Positions 37,909 to 47,165 of a stretch of 64,000 nt of DNA are shown piece by piece (the first letter of the stretch is position 1; each line of letters begins with the position of its first letter). Under the pieces are notes generated by a model. The model searched no databases, was not told where the DNA came from, and saw only the letters and a list, made by a program, of their open reading frames with translations. Source of the DNA: an uncultured Gemmatimonadales bacterium (GTDB lineage: Bacteria > Gemmatimonadota > Gemmatimonadetes > Gemmatimonadales > GWC2-71-9); the NCBI GenBank assembly GCA_963728915.1, contig CAVSLV010000004.1:1-64000 (forward strand). Direction: 5' to 3'. The position numbers and the translations under genes are program-made.

Positions 37909-39942
37909 ATGAATCAGCCTCCCGTGGCCCCCCGCCGGCCCCACATCACCGAGGTCCACGGCGACAGCCGGGTGGACCAGTACTTCTGGATGCGGGACCG
38001 GTCCGACCCCGCGGTGCTCGAGTACCTCGCCGCCGAAAACGCGTATGCGGATGACCTGCTCGCGCCGCTCAAGCCGCTCCAGGAAACCCTCTACAGGGAG
38101 ATGCTCGGCAGAATCAAGGAGACCGACGTGTCGGTGCCGTACCGGGAGAGGAACTTCTGGTACTACGCCCGCACCGAGGAGGGGCTGCAGTATCCCATCT
38201 ATTGCCGGAAGCCCGCCCAGGCGGACGCCGCCGAGCGGGTGATTCTCGATCTGAACCACCTCGCCGAAGGGCATCCGTTCCTGGGACTGGGCGCCTTCGA
38301 TGTGAGCGACGACGGCCGGCTGCTCGCTTACTCGACCGACCTCACCGGGTTTCGGGAATACACCCTGGTGGTCCAGGACCTGGAAACCGGGGCGATCGTC
38401 GCGGGACCGTTCGGGAAAACCGGCTCGGTGGCCTGGGCTGCCGACAATCGCACCGTGTTCTATGCGGTCGAGGATCACGCGAAGCGGTTTCATCAGATCT
38501 GGCGCTACCAGCTCGGGAGTCCGACCCAACCGGCGCTGGTCTATGAAGAGCCCGACGAGCGATTCCGGGTGCACGTCTCGAGAACCCGGAGCCTCCGGCA
38601 CGTGATCATCTCGAGCGAGAGCCACACTACGTCCGAGATCCGGTTCCTTCCCGCCGACACCCCGAGCGGCTCGCCTGGGATCCTGGTGCCCCGCGTCCAG
38701 GACCGCGAGGTGGAGGCGGATCATCTGGGAGATGGCTGGCTCCTTCGAGTCAATGACCGCGGGCCGAATTTCCGGGTGGTCAGGGTGACGGAGGGTCAGA
38801 GTGGTCAGACGGAATGGACGGAGATCCTTCCTCACCGGGACGATGTGATGGTGGAGTCGGTGGAAGCGTTCCAGGGTTACTGGGTGGCCTGGGAGCGCTC
38901 CGCGGGACTGGTGCAGGTTCGGGTCACCGATCGAGGGAGTGGAGCCTCCCGCTACGTCCCCTTCGACGAGCCGGTCTATGAAGCGAGCCCGGGACCCAAC
39001 GCCGAGTGGGACGCGTCGGCGCTCCGCTTCGACTACGAATCGCCGATCACTCCGCCGTCGGTGTACGACTACGACATGGCGGGTGGGGTGAAGATCCTGC
39101 TCAAACAGCGGGAGATCCCCGGTGGGTTCGATCCCTCCAAGTACCGCTGCGAGCGGCGCGCCATCCCCGCGCCGGACGGAACCGCCATCCCGGTCTCGAT
39201 CATCCTGCGACGGACTCCCGAGGTTCCGTTTCCGGCGCCGATGCTGCTGACCGGCTACGGCGCGTATCGGATTTCCTATCCGGTGAGCTTCTCGTCCAAC
39301 CGGATCTCCCTGCTGGACCGCGGGGTCGTCATTGCGATCGCTCACGTGCGGGGTGGTGGCGAGCTGGGCAAGAAGTGGCACGATGCGGGACGGATGGCGC
39401 GGAAGCAGAACAGCTTCAGCGACCTGGTGGCGGTCGCCGAGGCGCTGATACGTGACGGGATGACCGAATCGCGAAAGCTGGCGATCGAGGGGGGCAGTGC
39501 CGGCGGGCTCCTGGTGACCGCGGCGCTGAATCAGCGCCCCGACCTGTTCGGAGCGGTCGTGGCGCAGGTGCCGTTCGTCGATGTCATCAACACCATGCTC
39601 GACCCCTCGCTCCCGCTCACGGTCGGCGAGTACGAGGAATGGGGAAACCCCGCGCTCCCGGAACAGTATCGCTGGCTCCGCGCCTACTGTCCCTACACCA
39701 ATCTGACCATGCGGTCCTACCCGCCGATGCTGGTCCGCACCTCGCTCAATGACAGCCAGGTGATGTTCTGGGAGCCGGCCAAGTACGTCGCGAAGCTCCG
39801 GTCGCTCAAGACCGACGCCAACCCGCTCCTCCTGCTCACCAACATGGGAGCGGGGCACAGCGGGGCGTCCGGGCGCTACGATCGATTGCGGGAGGTCGCG
39901 ATGGACTATGCGGTGATGCTGGATTGGCTGGGAGCGGAGTGA
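37909..39942 (+). CDS. ptrB: Oligopeptidase B (peptidase S9A)
   Basis: D.YFWMR, HVRGGGELG, GGSAGG, VPFVDV..TMLD, DSQV, AGHSG. Confidence 0.93.
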   Translation: MNQPPVAPRRPHITEVHGDSRVDQYFWMRDRSDPAVLEYLAAENAYADDLLAPLKPLQETLYREMLGRIKETDVSVPYRERNFWYYARTEEGLQYPIYCRKPAQADAAERVILDLNHLAEGHPFLGLGAFDVSDDGRLLAYSTDLTGFREYTLVVQDLETGAIVAGPFGKTGSVAWAADNRTVFYAVEDHAKRFHQIWRYQLGSPTQPALVYEEPDERFRVHVSRTRSLRHVIISSESHTTSEIRFLPADTPSGSPGILVPRVQDREVEADHLGDGWLLRVNDRGPNFRVVRVTEGQSGQTEWTEILPHRDDVMVESVEAFQGYWVAWERSAGLVQVRVTDRGSGASRYVPFDEPVYEASPGPNAEWDASALRFDYESPITPPSVYDYDMAGGVKILLKQREIPGGFDPSKYRCERRAIPAPDGTAIPVSIILRRTPEVPFPAPMLLTGYGAYRISYPVSFSSNRISLLDRGVVIAIAHVRGGGELGKKWHDAGRMARKQNSFSDLVAVAEALIRDGMTESRKLAIEGGSAGGLLVTAALNQRPDLFGAVVAQVPFVDVINTMLDPSLPLTVGEYEEWGNPALPEQYRWLRAYCPYTNLTMRSYPPMLVRTSLNDSQVMFWEPAKYVAKLRSLKTDANPLLLLTNMGAGHSGASGRYDRLREVAMDYAVMLDWLGAE

Positions 39943-39944
39943 GG

Positions 39945-39979
39945 GAGGTGCGAGGTGTGAGGTCTGGGGTGTGAGGTGC
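39945..39979 (+). repeat. Five degenerate 7-mers (GAGGTGY-like) filling the ptrB-amidase gap
   Basis: GAGGTGC GAGGTGT GAGGTCT GGGGTGT GAGGTGC. Confidence 0.8.
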
Positions 39980-41478
39980 TGACTGACTCGGAGTATCTCC
40001 GCCACGACGCCACCGCCCTGGCCGACCTGGTGCGGCGAGGGGACGTTACCAGCCGGGAGCTGATCGAGACCGCGATCGCCCGGATCGAGCGGCTCAATCC
40101 CGCGGTGAACGCGGTGATCCATCGGATGGACTCGTCGGCCCTGGAGCAGGCTCGGGCGCCGAGCGAGGGGCCTTTCGGTGGAGTGCCTCTCCTGCTCAAA
40201 GACCTCATGCTCATGGTCCAGGGCGAGCCGTTTCGCTGCGGCAGCGCCTTCCTGCGGGAGTACCGTCCCGCGGTCGACAGCGAGCTGATCACCCGGTACC
40301 GGCGGGCCGGCTTCATCTTCCTCGGCAAGACCAACACCCCGGAATTCGGGCTGACTCCATTCACCGAGCCGGCCGCGTTCGGCCCCACCGTGAACCCCTG
40401 GGATACCAGCCGCACCGCGGGCGGTTCGAGCGGAGGATCCGCGGCGGCGGTCGCCTGCGGGATGGTGCCGGTCGCCAGCGGGGGCGATGGCGGAGGATCG
40501 ATCCGGATTCCCGCTTCCTGCTGCGGCCTGTTCGGGCTCAAGCCTACCCGGGGAAGAACCCCGGTCGGCCCCAACATCGGGGAGGCCTGGCGGGGGGCCG
40601 TGGTGGACCACGTGATCAGCCGCTCGGTGCGTGACAGCGCCTCGGTCCTCGACGCAACCGCGGGACCGGATTCGGGGGCGCCGTACTTTGCCGCCCCCGC
40701 CGAAAACGCCTGGAGCGACGACCTGGGGCGGAACCCGGGACGGCTTCGGATTGCCTTCACCGGTCTGCCCTGGCTGGGGAACGAAGTGCACCCGGATTGC
40801 GCCGCGGCGCTCTCGGAGACCGCGAGGCTGCTCGAAAGTCTCGGGCACGTGGTGGAGGAGGCTTCCCCCGAGTTCGATGGCGAGGGGTTCGCCCGCGCTT
40901 TCCTGGCGATGATCGTGGTGGAGCTTCGAACCGATCTGGTGGAGCTCGAAGTGCTCCTGGGCCGGAAAGGCAGAGTCTCGGAATTCGAGGCGCCCACCTG
41001 GGCCCTGAGCCTCCTGGGCAGCGCGATGCCCGCCGTCGAGTACGCCCGGGCGGTTCGCCTGCTCCAGCGGGTTTCCCGTGAGGTGGCGCGGTTCTTCGAG
41101 ACCTGGGATGTGCTGCTCACCCCGACCGCCGCTACTCCGCCGTTTCGGACCGGGGCGCTCCAGCCCACCTCGCGAGAACGGGTCCTGCTCGAAGTGCTGG
41201 GCCGGCTCGGATTCGGGGAGCCGTTCCGATGGGCGGGGGCGCTCGATCAGATGGCGGAGAAGGTGTTCGACTGGATTCCCTGGACCCCGCTCGCCAACGC
41301 GACCGGGCAACCGGCCATGTCGGTGCCGCTCTGCTGGAATGCCGGCGGGCTGCCGATCGGGATGCATTTCATGGGGCGCTATGGAGACGAGGCCACCCTG
41401 TTCCGCCTGGCGGCCCAGCTCGAGCAGGCCCGCCCCTGGTTCGACCACCTGCCGGCGATGACCCTCAGTCCCCTATAA
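39976..41478 (+). CDS. Amidase signature family enzyme
   Basis: GVPLLLKD, GKTNTPEFG, GGSSGGS, DGGGSIRIPAS. Confidence 0.93.
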   Translation: MLTDSEYLRHDATALADLVRRGDVTSRELIETAIARIERLNPAVNAVIHRMDSSALEQARAPSEGPFGGVPLLLKDLMLMVQGEPFRCGSAFLREYRPAVDSELITRYRRAGFIFLGKTNTPEFGLTPFTEPAAFGPTVNPWDTSRTAGGSSGGSAAAVACGMVPVASGGDGGGSIRIPASCCGLFGLKPTRGRTPVGPNIGEAWRGAVVDHVISRSVRDSASVLDATAGPDSGAPYFAAPAENAWSDDLGRNPGRLRIAFTGLPWLGNEVHPDCAAALSETARLLESLGHVVEEASPEFDGEGFARAFLAMIVVELRTDLVELEVLLGRKGRVSEFEAPTWALSLLGSAMPAVEYARAVRLLQRVSREVARFFETWDVLLTPTAATPPFRTGALQPTSRERVLLEVLGRLGFGEPFRWAGALDQMAEKVFDWIPWTPLANATGQPAMSVPLCWNAGGLPIGMHFMGRYGDEATLFRLAAQLEQARPWFDHLPAMTLSPL

Positions 41479-41514
41479 GCGAAGAGGGCCGGCTTGCGCC
41501 GACCCCCCTTTCGC
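41479..41514. terminator. Imperfect hairpin between convergent genes
   Basis: GCGAAGAGGGCCGGC-TTGC-GCCGACCCCCCTTTCGC. Confidence 0.4.
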
Positions 41515-41538
41515 GGCTCCGTTCTCGGCAGGACGGAG

Positions 41539-41838
41539 TTACTTGAGGTGCTTGTTGACGAGCTTGGTCATTTCGAACATGTTGACCGTCTTCTTCCCAC
41601 CGAACACCATCCGGAGGTTGTCATCCGCATTGATGTTCCGGCGGTTCTTCTTGTCCTGGAGGCCCTTCCGCTTGATGTAGGCCCACAGCTTCTTGGTGAC
41701 TTCTGTCCGGGGAATGGGCTTGCTCCCGACGACCTCGGCCAGCGCCGCGCTCGGTTTCATCGGCTTCATGAACGCCGCGCTCGGCTTCCGCTTGCTGGTC
41801 TTGCGAGCGGCCTTCCGGGCCTTCTTCTTCATCGCCAT
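41539..41838 (-). CDS. SWIB/MDM2-domain protein with a Lys-rich N-terminal tail
   Basis: AFMKP..PS..LAEVVG....RTEVTKKLWAYIK..GLQD..NRR.INAD; AGGAG RBS. Confidence 0.93.
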   Translation of the reverse strand: MAMKKKARKAARKTSKRKPSAAFMKPMKPSAALAEVVGSKPIPRTEVTKKLWAYIKRKGLQDKKNRRNINADDNLRMVFGGKKTVNMFEMTKLVNKHLK

Positions 41839-42052
41839 CGAGCGTCTCCTGTGGGGGTCTGACCTGACTGCCTGGGCGGAACGATGGACTTCCGGATTCG
41901 AAGTTAAGCATTCTCCCGGGAGAAACAATAGCCGGAAGGCGTTTTTCCCTCGGGAAAGTCCCCCGGGCCGGCCGGTTCAGGCCGCCGGGCGACCAGGATT
42001 TCCGAGACCGGGTTAATCCTCCCTCGGGAAGAACCCCCCGGGCAGGCCTCCC

Positions 42053-43009
42053 CTAAACCCGCCGGAGCCGGACCCGTTCCACCCGGTGGTGGGGTCCTTT
42101 TTCGAGGACGAGCAGGGCCCGCTCCCGGGTGGGGAGGATGTTTTCCCGGAGATTGACCTCGTTGATCCGGCTCCAGACCCGGGAGGCAAAAGCGGTGGCC
42201 TCCTCCTCGGACAGCTCCGAGTACCGGCGAAAGAAGGACTGGGGATCCCGGAAGGCGGTGCTTCGCAGGTGGAGGAACCGCTCGAGGAACCACTGCTGGA
42301 TGAGCCCCGGTTGGGCGTCCACATAGATGGAAAAGTCGAAGTAGTCGGAGACGAACAACCGGGCGTCGTCCCGCTGGAGGGCTGGCCCGCTCTGACCCGC
42401 CTGCCCTCCGCCATGGAGGACATTCAGCCCCTCGAGCATCAGGATGTCCGGCTGATGGATGACCTGGCTTTCCCCGGGGAGAATGTCGTAGCTGAGATGG
42501 GAGTAGACCGGGGTGGAGACCTCGGGCGCCCCGGCCTTGAGGTCCGCGAGAAACGTCACCAGGCGGCGCAGGTCGTAGCTCTCGGGAAAGCCCTTTCGCT
42601 CCATGAGCCCGCGCTCGGCGAGGACGGCGTTCGGGTAGAGAAAGCCGTCGGTGGTGACCAGATCCACTCTGGGATGGTCCGGCCACCGGGCCAGCAGCGC
42701 CTGGAGCACCCGGGCCGTGGTGCTCTTCCCGACCGCGACGCTCCCCGCGATCCCGATGATGTAGGGGCTCGCCCGGACCGTTTTCCCCAGGAACCGGTCG
42801 GTCACCCGCTCGAGCTCCAGGGTGGCGGCGACGTGCAGGTTCAGGAGGCGGGAGAGCGGGAGATACACCTCCACGACTTCGTCCATCGAGAGGGCTTCAT
42901 TGAGCCCGCGCAGCTCGGCGAGGTCGGTCTCCGAGAGGGTCAGCGGCGTGTTAGCGCGGAGCCGGGCCCACTCGGCCCGGGCGAAGTTCGTATAGGTGGA
43001 AAAACCCAT
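42053..43009 (-). CDS. coaA: Type I pantothenate kinase
   Basis: [48 protein letters not shown]. Confidence 0.96.
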   Translation of the reverse strand: MGFSTYTNFARAEWARLRANTPLTLSETDLAELRGLNEALSMDEVVEVYLPLSRLLNLHVAATLELERVTDRFLGKTVRASPYIIGIAGSVAVGKSTTARVLQALLARWPDHPRVDLVTTDGFLYPNAVLAERGLMERKGFPESYDLRRLVTFLADLKAGAPEVSTPVYSHLSYDILPGESQVIHQPDILMLEGLNVLHGGGQAGQSGPALQRDDARLFVSDYFDFSIYVDAQPGLIQQWFLERFLHLRSTAFRDPQSFFRRYSELSEEEATAFASRVWSRINEVNLRENILPTRERALLVLEKGPHHRVERVRLRRV

Positions 43010-43033
43010 GGCCGAAGATAGCCCGGACTCCGC

Positions 43034-44473
43034 TTACTCCCGGGTCGCCATGTGCTCCTTCGTGGCGAACACTTCGGGGCCGATCTCGAGGCTTGCACTT
43101 CCCTCCGCCCGGGCGCGAACCCTGATGTCCCGGGGCCCGACGACCAGGCCGCTCGGCTCGGCGGCCCCGATGGTCGCATGCAGCTCGACCCCCCGCGCCA
43201 GGCTCCGGTTCATCTCCCGTATCGCGATGGTCTCGAGCTGCTTGAGGAGGTAGCCCGCGGAAATGTGGGCCTGCTGCCGGAGAAAATCCCTGATCTCGTC
43301 CTCCTTGATCCAGGCGAATCCCTGTACCAGGAGACCGGCGCTGCTGGCATCAAAATCGAGATCGGGGACCGAGATCATCCCGGTGCCGGGATCGTACCGG
43401 GGAGTGCCCACGAACCAGACCGTTCCTCGATCGGTTCCATCGAATTGCACTCCCAGGGCGATCCGCCCACCGGCGATCCCATACACCGTCGCGGCCTTGA
43501 GCCGGAACTTCCCTCCCGAAAGCCGGAGCGACTTGCCCTTCAGGTTGCTGGTGAGCTCCATGCCGATCACGTCGTAGGTCAGGCGACCTTCCACCGGGAG
43601 GGAAAATCCCCGTTGCATCTGGCCTCTCTCGAACGTGGGCAGGGGAAGGACCGGCTGTTCCGGCCTCGGTCCTGCCACGATCCGGGGAGCGGCGCGTACG
43701 CCGAGCTCGGCATGAACGGCCTGCGTCGAGCCGTGAATCGGTCCCAGCTGCACCGAATCGGGTTGGAGCAGGAGCCAGAGGCTGTCGGCGAGGTGAATCG
43801 GCTTCTGAAGATCGGCCCAGATTTCCTGGAGCGGGGTTTTCACGTCGACCGAGGAGGCCCACTTCTGAATCTCCGGCTCGAGGTCGTCGAGGGCATCCTT
43901 CGCCTGGTCCATGACCTTGCCGGTCACGTTGAGCCCGAGGAAGGTGACCTGACAGCGATCCTGGCTGCTGTCGCTCAGGGCGGTGAGGGCAGCCACTCTG
44001 CTCCGGACTCCGAGCCGCCAGTCGGGGGTGAGATAGGGTACGACGTGAAGCACCACCCGCGCCCTGGGCGCCGCGCCGTCCATCCCGCAGGATCCCCCGA
44101 TATCCCCGAGACCGGAATCCAACCAGGCTTTCCCGCGGTAGCGGACCACCGCAGACAGGATCACGGTGTCTCCCGAGAATCCCAGCAGCTCGAAGGGTCC
44201 CCGCCGCACCTCGAAGGAGAGGGACGCCTTCCGGTTGTGCCCGAGGTCGACAGGCCTGGTCTCCGACAAATTCCCGATCCTGGTGGGGATCACCCGGTTC
44301 AGGGCGGCCATCGCACTGGGGATGTGGATCGACAGCGGAGCGACGATCATCCCGCGGGTCGCCGCCACGGTATCGGTCGCCGCCTCCCCCAGGTCCCTGG
44401 GTGGGGCCGGCGCCTCGAATCTCCTGCCGGAGGCGCAGCCGGCCAGCGCGATCAAGGGAAGCCACGCTCTCAT
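43034..44473 (-). CDS. DUF4403-like lipoprotein
   Basis: Lipobox LAGC; W..LQKPI.L..SLWL.L.P and G.P.YD motifs. Confidence 0.7.
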   Translation of the reverse strand: MRAWLPLIALAGCASGRRFEAPAPPRDLGEAATDTVAATRGMIVAPLSIHIPSAMAALNRVIPTRIGNLSETRPVDLGHNRKASLSFEVRRGPFELLGFSGDTVILSAVVRYRGKAWLDSGLGDIGGSCGMDGAAPRARVVLHVVPYLTPDWRLGVRSRVAALTALSDSSQDRCQVTFLGLNVTGKVMDQAKDALDDLEPEIQKWASSVDVKTPLQEIWADLQKPIHLADSLWLLLQPDSVQLGPIHGSTQAVHAELGVRAAPRIVAGPRPEQPVLPLPTFERGQMQRGFSLPVEGRLTYDVIGMELTSNLKGKSLRLSGGKFRLKAATVYGIAGGRIALGVQFDGTDRGTVWFVGTPRYDPGTGMISVPDLDFDASSAGLLVQGFAWIKEDEIRDFLRQQAHISAGYLLKQLETIAIREMNRSLARGVELHATIGAAEPSGLVVGPRDIRVRARAEGSASLEIGPEVFATKEHMATRE

Positions 44474-44517
44474 GCGAATCGGTGTACCTTATGGTCCATC
44501 CCGGATTCTACGCCCAA

Positions 44518-46281
44518 ATGACTCTCTCGACGATCCCTCTCCGAAGCCCGGTTGTGGCATCGCTGGTCCTGCTGGCTTTGCCGGGCCCGCTCGCTCCAGC
44601 CTCCAGCGACTCTCCGGCCCGGCAGGCGGGGCAGGTCGAACCGGCCGATCTGATTTTCCGGAACGGCCGCATCTACACCGGCAATGACCGGGCGCCTCGC
44701 GCCGACGCGGTCGCGGTGACAGGCAATCGAATCGTGTTCGTGGGAAACACCTCCGGCGCGAACAAATTGACCGGCCCCAACACGCGGGTGATCGACCTCA
44801 AGGGGGCGTTTCTGTACCCCGGCTTCACCGACGCGCACATGCATCTCTCCGGTGTGGGCGCCCGGGAGATGACGCTGAACCTGGAAGGCACCAACACGCT
44901 GGAAGAGTTTCTTGCCCGGGTCAAAGCGCGGGTCGACCAGGCGCGCCCGGGACAGTGGGTGACCGGGCGGGGCTGGATCGAAACTTTCTGGAAACCGCCG
45001 GTTTTTCCGACTCGCCAGGACCTCGACCGCATCGCGCCGAATAACCCGGTCTACCTGACCCGGGCCGACGGGCACGCGTCGGTGGCCAACAGCGCCGCGC
45101 TCAAGCTCGCCGGCATTACCCGAAGCACGCAGCCACCCGACGGCGGGGCAATCAACAAGGACGCCGATGGGGAGCCGACCGGGATGCTGATCGATCGGGC
45201 CCAGGCGCTGGTGGGCCGTCTGGTGCCCCCTCCGACCGAGGAGGACAAGGACCAGGAGTACATCAAGGGGGTCGAACGGGAGCTGTCGCTGGGCTGGACC
45301 CAGGTCCAGGACGCTCACGGGACCTGGGGTGAAGTGGATCGGATGCGCCGGCTGTATCGAGACGGAAAGCTCAAGATCCGGATCTACAAGACCATTACCG
45401 GACCGAGTCCCGACGCCAACCGGCTGATCGAGCAGGGCCCGTCGCTGGGGGAATTCGACGGGCTGCTCACGGTGCGCGCCATCAAGGTGGTGATGGATGG
45501 CGCGCTGGGAAGCCGGGGCGCGGCGCTGCTCGCTCCCTATAGCGACGACCCGAAGAACACCGGGCTCATCACGACCGATACGGTCGCGCTCAAGCCGATG
45601 CTTGCCGCCGCGCTCCGCAACGGGATCCAGGTCTGGACCCATTCGATCGGCGATCGGGGCAACCGGCTCACCCTCAATTTCTACGAAGGGGCGATGAAGG
45701 AAGTCCCCGCGGACCAGCGGAAAATCGCGGAGCCGCGCTGGCGCGACGAGCACAGCCAGATCGTCAATCCCAGCGACATCCCTCGCTTCAAGCAGCTCGG
45801 CGTCATCGCGTCGATGCAGCCCTCCCATGCGATCAGCGATCTCTACTTTGCGCCGGCCCGGCTCGGGCTCGAGCGCCTCAAGGGCGCCTACGCGTGGCAG
45901 AGCTTCATCAAGCAGGGAACCCCGGTTCCCGGCGGCAGCGATGCGCCGGTCGAGCGGGGCGAACCGATGATCGAGTTCTACGCCGCCGTGGCGCGCAAGG
46001 ACCTCCAGGGGCGCTCGGGGGAGGGCTGGCATCCCGAGGAGAAGATGACTCGGGCCCAGGCGCTCAAGGCTTTCACCATCTGGCCGGCGTTCGCGGCCTT
46101 CGAGGAGGACAAGCGCGGGTCCATCGAGGTCGGAAAGCTCGCCGATTTCACCATCCTCGATCAGGACATCATGCAGGTGCCCGAGCTCGACATCCTCAAG
46201 ACCAAGAACCTGCTGACGGTGGTGAACGGGGTGGTCGCGTGGGCCAGTGCAACGTTCCCCGGGGCCGCTGTGTCTAGATAG
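44518..46281 (+). CDS. Secreted amidohydrolase 3 (YtcJ-like)
   Basis: PGFTDAHMH, RADGH, DGALGSRGA, HSIGD, GSDAP, GKLADF. Confidence 0.92.
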   Translation: MTLSTIPLRSPVVASLVLLALPGPLAPASSDSPARQAGQVEPADLIFRNGRIYTGNDRAPRADAVAVTGNRIVFVGNTSGANKLTGPNTRVIDLKGAFLYPGFTDAHMHLSGVGAREMTLNLEGTNTLEEFLARVKARVDQARPGQWVTGRGWIETFWKPPVFPTRQDLDRIAPNNPVYLTRADGHASVANSAALKLAGITRSTQPPDGGAINKDADGEPTGMLIDRAQALVGRLVPPPTEEDKDQEYIKGVERELSLGWTQVQDAHGTWGEVDRMRRLYRDGKLKIRIYKTITGPSPDANRLIEQGPSLGEFDGLLTVRAIKVVMDGALGSRGAALLAPYSDDPKNTGLITTDTVALKPMLAAALRNGIQVWTHSIGDRGNRLTLNFYEGAMKEVPADQRKIAEPRWRDEHSQIVNPSDIPRFKQLGVIASMQPSHAISDLYFAPARLGLERLKGAYAWQSFIKQGTPVPGGSDAPVERGEPMIEFYAAVARKDLQGRSGEGWHPEEKMTRAQALKAFTIWPAFAAFEEDKRGSIEVGKLADFTILDQDIMQVPELDILKTKNLLTVVNGVVAWASATFPGAAVSR

Positions 46282-46305
46282 CGTCCCGTTTCCGAGGTCC
46301 CCGGC

Positions 46306-47130
46306 ATGCGGTACTCCCGAGTTTCCTTCCTGGTTCCTGCCCTGCTTCTCTTCGGGGGAACGACCCCGTTGCTCGCACAGCGCCGTCATCCGGTGCGCGA
46401 CTGGACCCTCTCCTGCTCCGATTATCGGGGCGATCGCGATAATGGCGAACGCGCCTGCAACATGGTGGAGAAGACCATCGCCCTCCCCTCCGGGGTGCTC
46501 CAGGTGGATTCCCGGGTCAATGGCGGGATCACGGTCCTGGGCGAGAACCGCCGGGATATCCTGATTCGGGCTCGAATCGAATCCCACGCACGAAGCCAGT
46601 CGCGAGCCGACAACCTGATCGGGGACGTGGAAATCCGCACCTCCAACGGGCGGATCACCGCGGACGGTCCCGACACCGGGCGGAACGAATGGTGGTCGGT
46701 GAGCTTCGAGGTGCACGTTCCCGCCAATGCGGACCTCGACCTCACCGCGCACAACGGCGGGATCGGGGTCGCCGGGGTGTCCGGAGAGCTCCGCATGGGA
46801 ACCACGAACGGCGGGATTCATCTCGACGCCGTCAACGGCGATGTGGTGGCTGCGACGACGAACGGCGGCGTCGTGGTGAACCTCGACGGCAACGGCTGGC
46901 AGGGGCACGGACTCGACGTCACCACCACGAATGGCGGGGTGACCCTCACGGTCCCGAGCGACTACTCAGCCCATCTGGAGACCGGTACAACCAACGGCGG
47001 CATGGACATCGACTTCCCCGTCACCGTGCAGGGCCGGATCGGAAGGCAAATCACCACCGATCTCGGCCGGGGCGGTCCCACCATCCGGCTGATCACCACG
47101 AACGGCGGAGTGACCGTCAGGCGGCAATAG
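46306..47130 (+). CDS. Secreted DUF4097-type beta-strand repeat protein
   Basis: Signal peptide and many TTNGG repeats. Confidence 0.85.
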   Translation: MRYSRVSFLVPALLLFGGTTPLLAQRRHPVRDWTLSCSDYRGDRDNGERACNMVEKTIALPSGVLQVDSRVNGGITVLGENRRDILIRARIESHARSQSRADNLIGDVEIRTSNGRITADGPDTGRNEWWSVSFEVHVPANADLDLTAHNGGIGVAGVSGELRMGTTNGGIHLDAVNGDVVAATTNGGVVVNLDGNGWQGHGLDVTTTNGGVTLTVPSDYSAHLETGTTNGGMDIDFPVTVQGRIGRQITTDLGRGGPTIRLITTNGGVTVRRQ

Positions 47131-47164
47131 ACAGGCGCTCGTCCGCCTGTCCGCCCGTCCGCCT
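47130..47164. repeat. (GTCCGCCY)x3 8-mer repeat with a hairpin, between convergent genes
   Basis: Units at 47141, 47149 and 47157; GACAGGCG (47130) pairs with CGCCTGTC (47144). Confidence 0.7.
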
Positions 47165-47165
47165 G

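Noticed and set aside
37627..41448. 1273-aa minus-strand ORF and similar long antisense ORFs (5050-7125, 18769-20877, 44470-46908)
   Set aside because: Shadow frames of well-supported genes in high-GC DNA, with no recognisable motifs.
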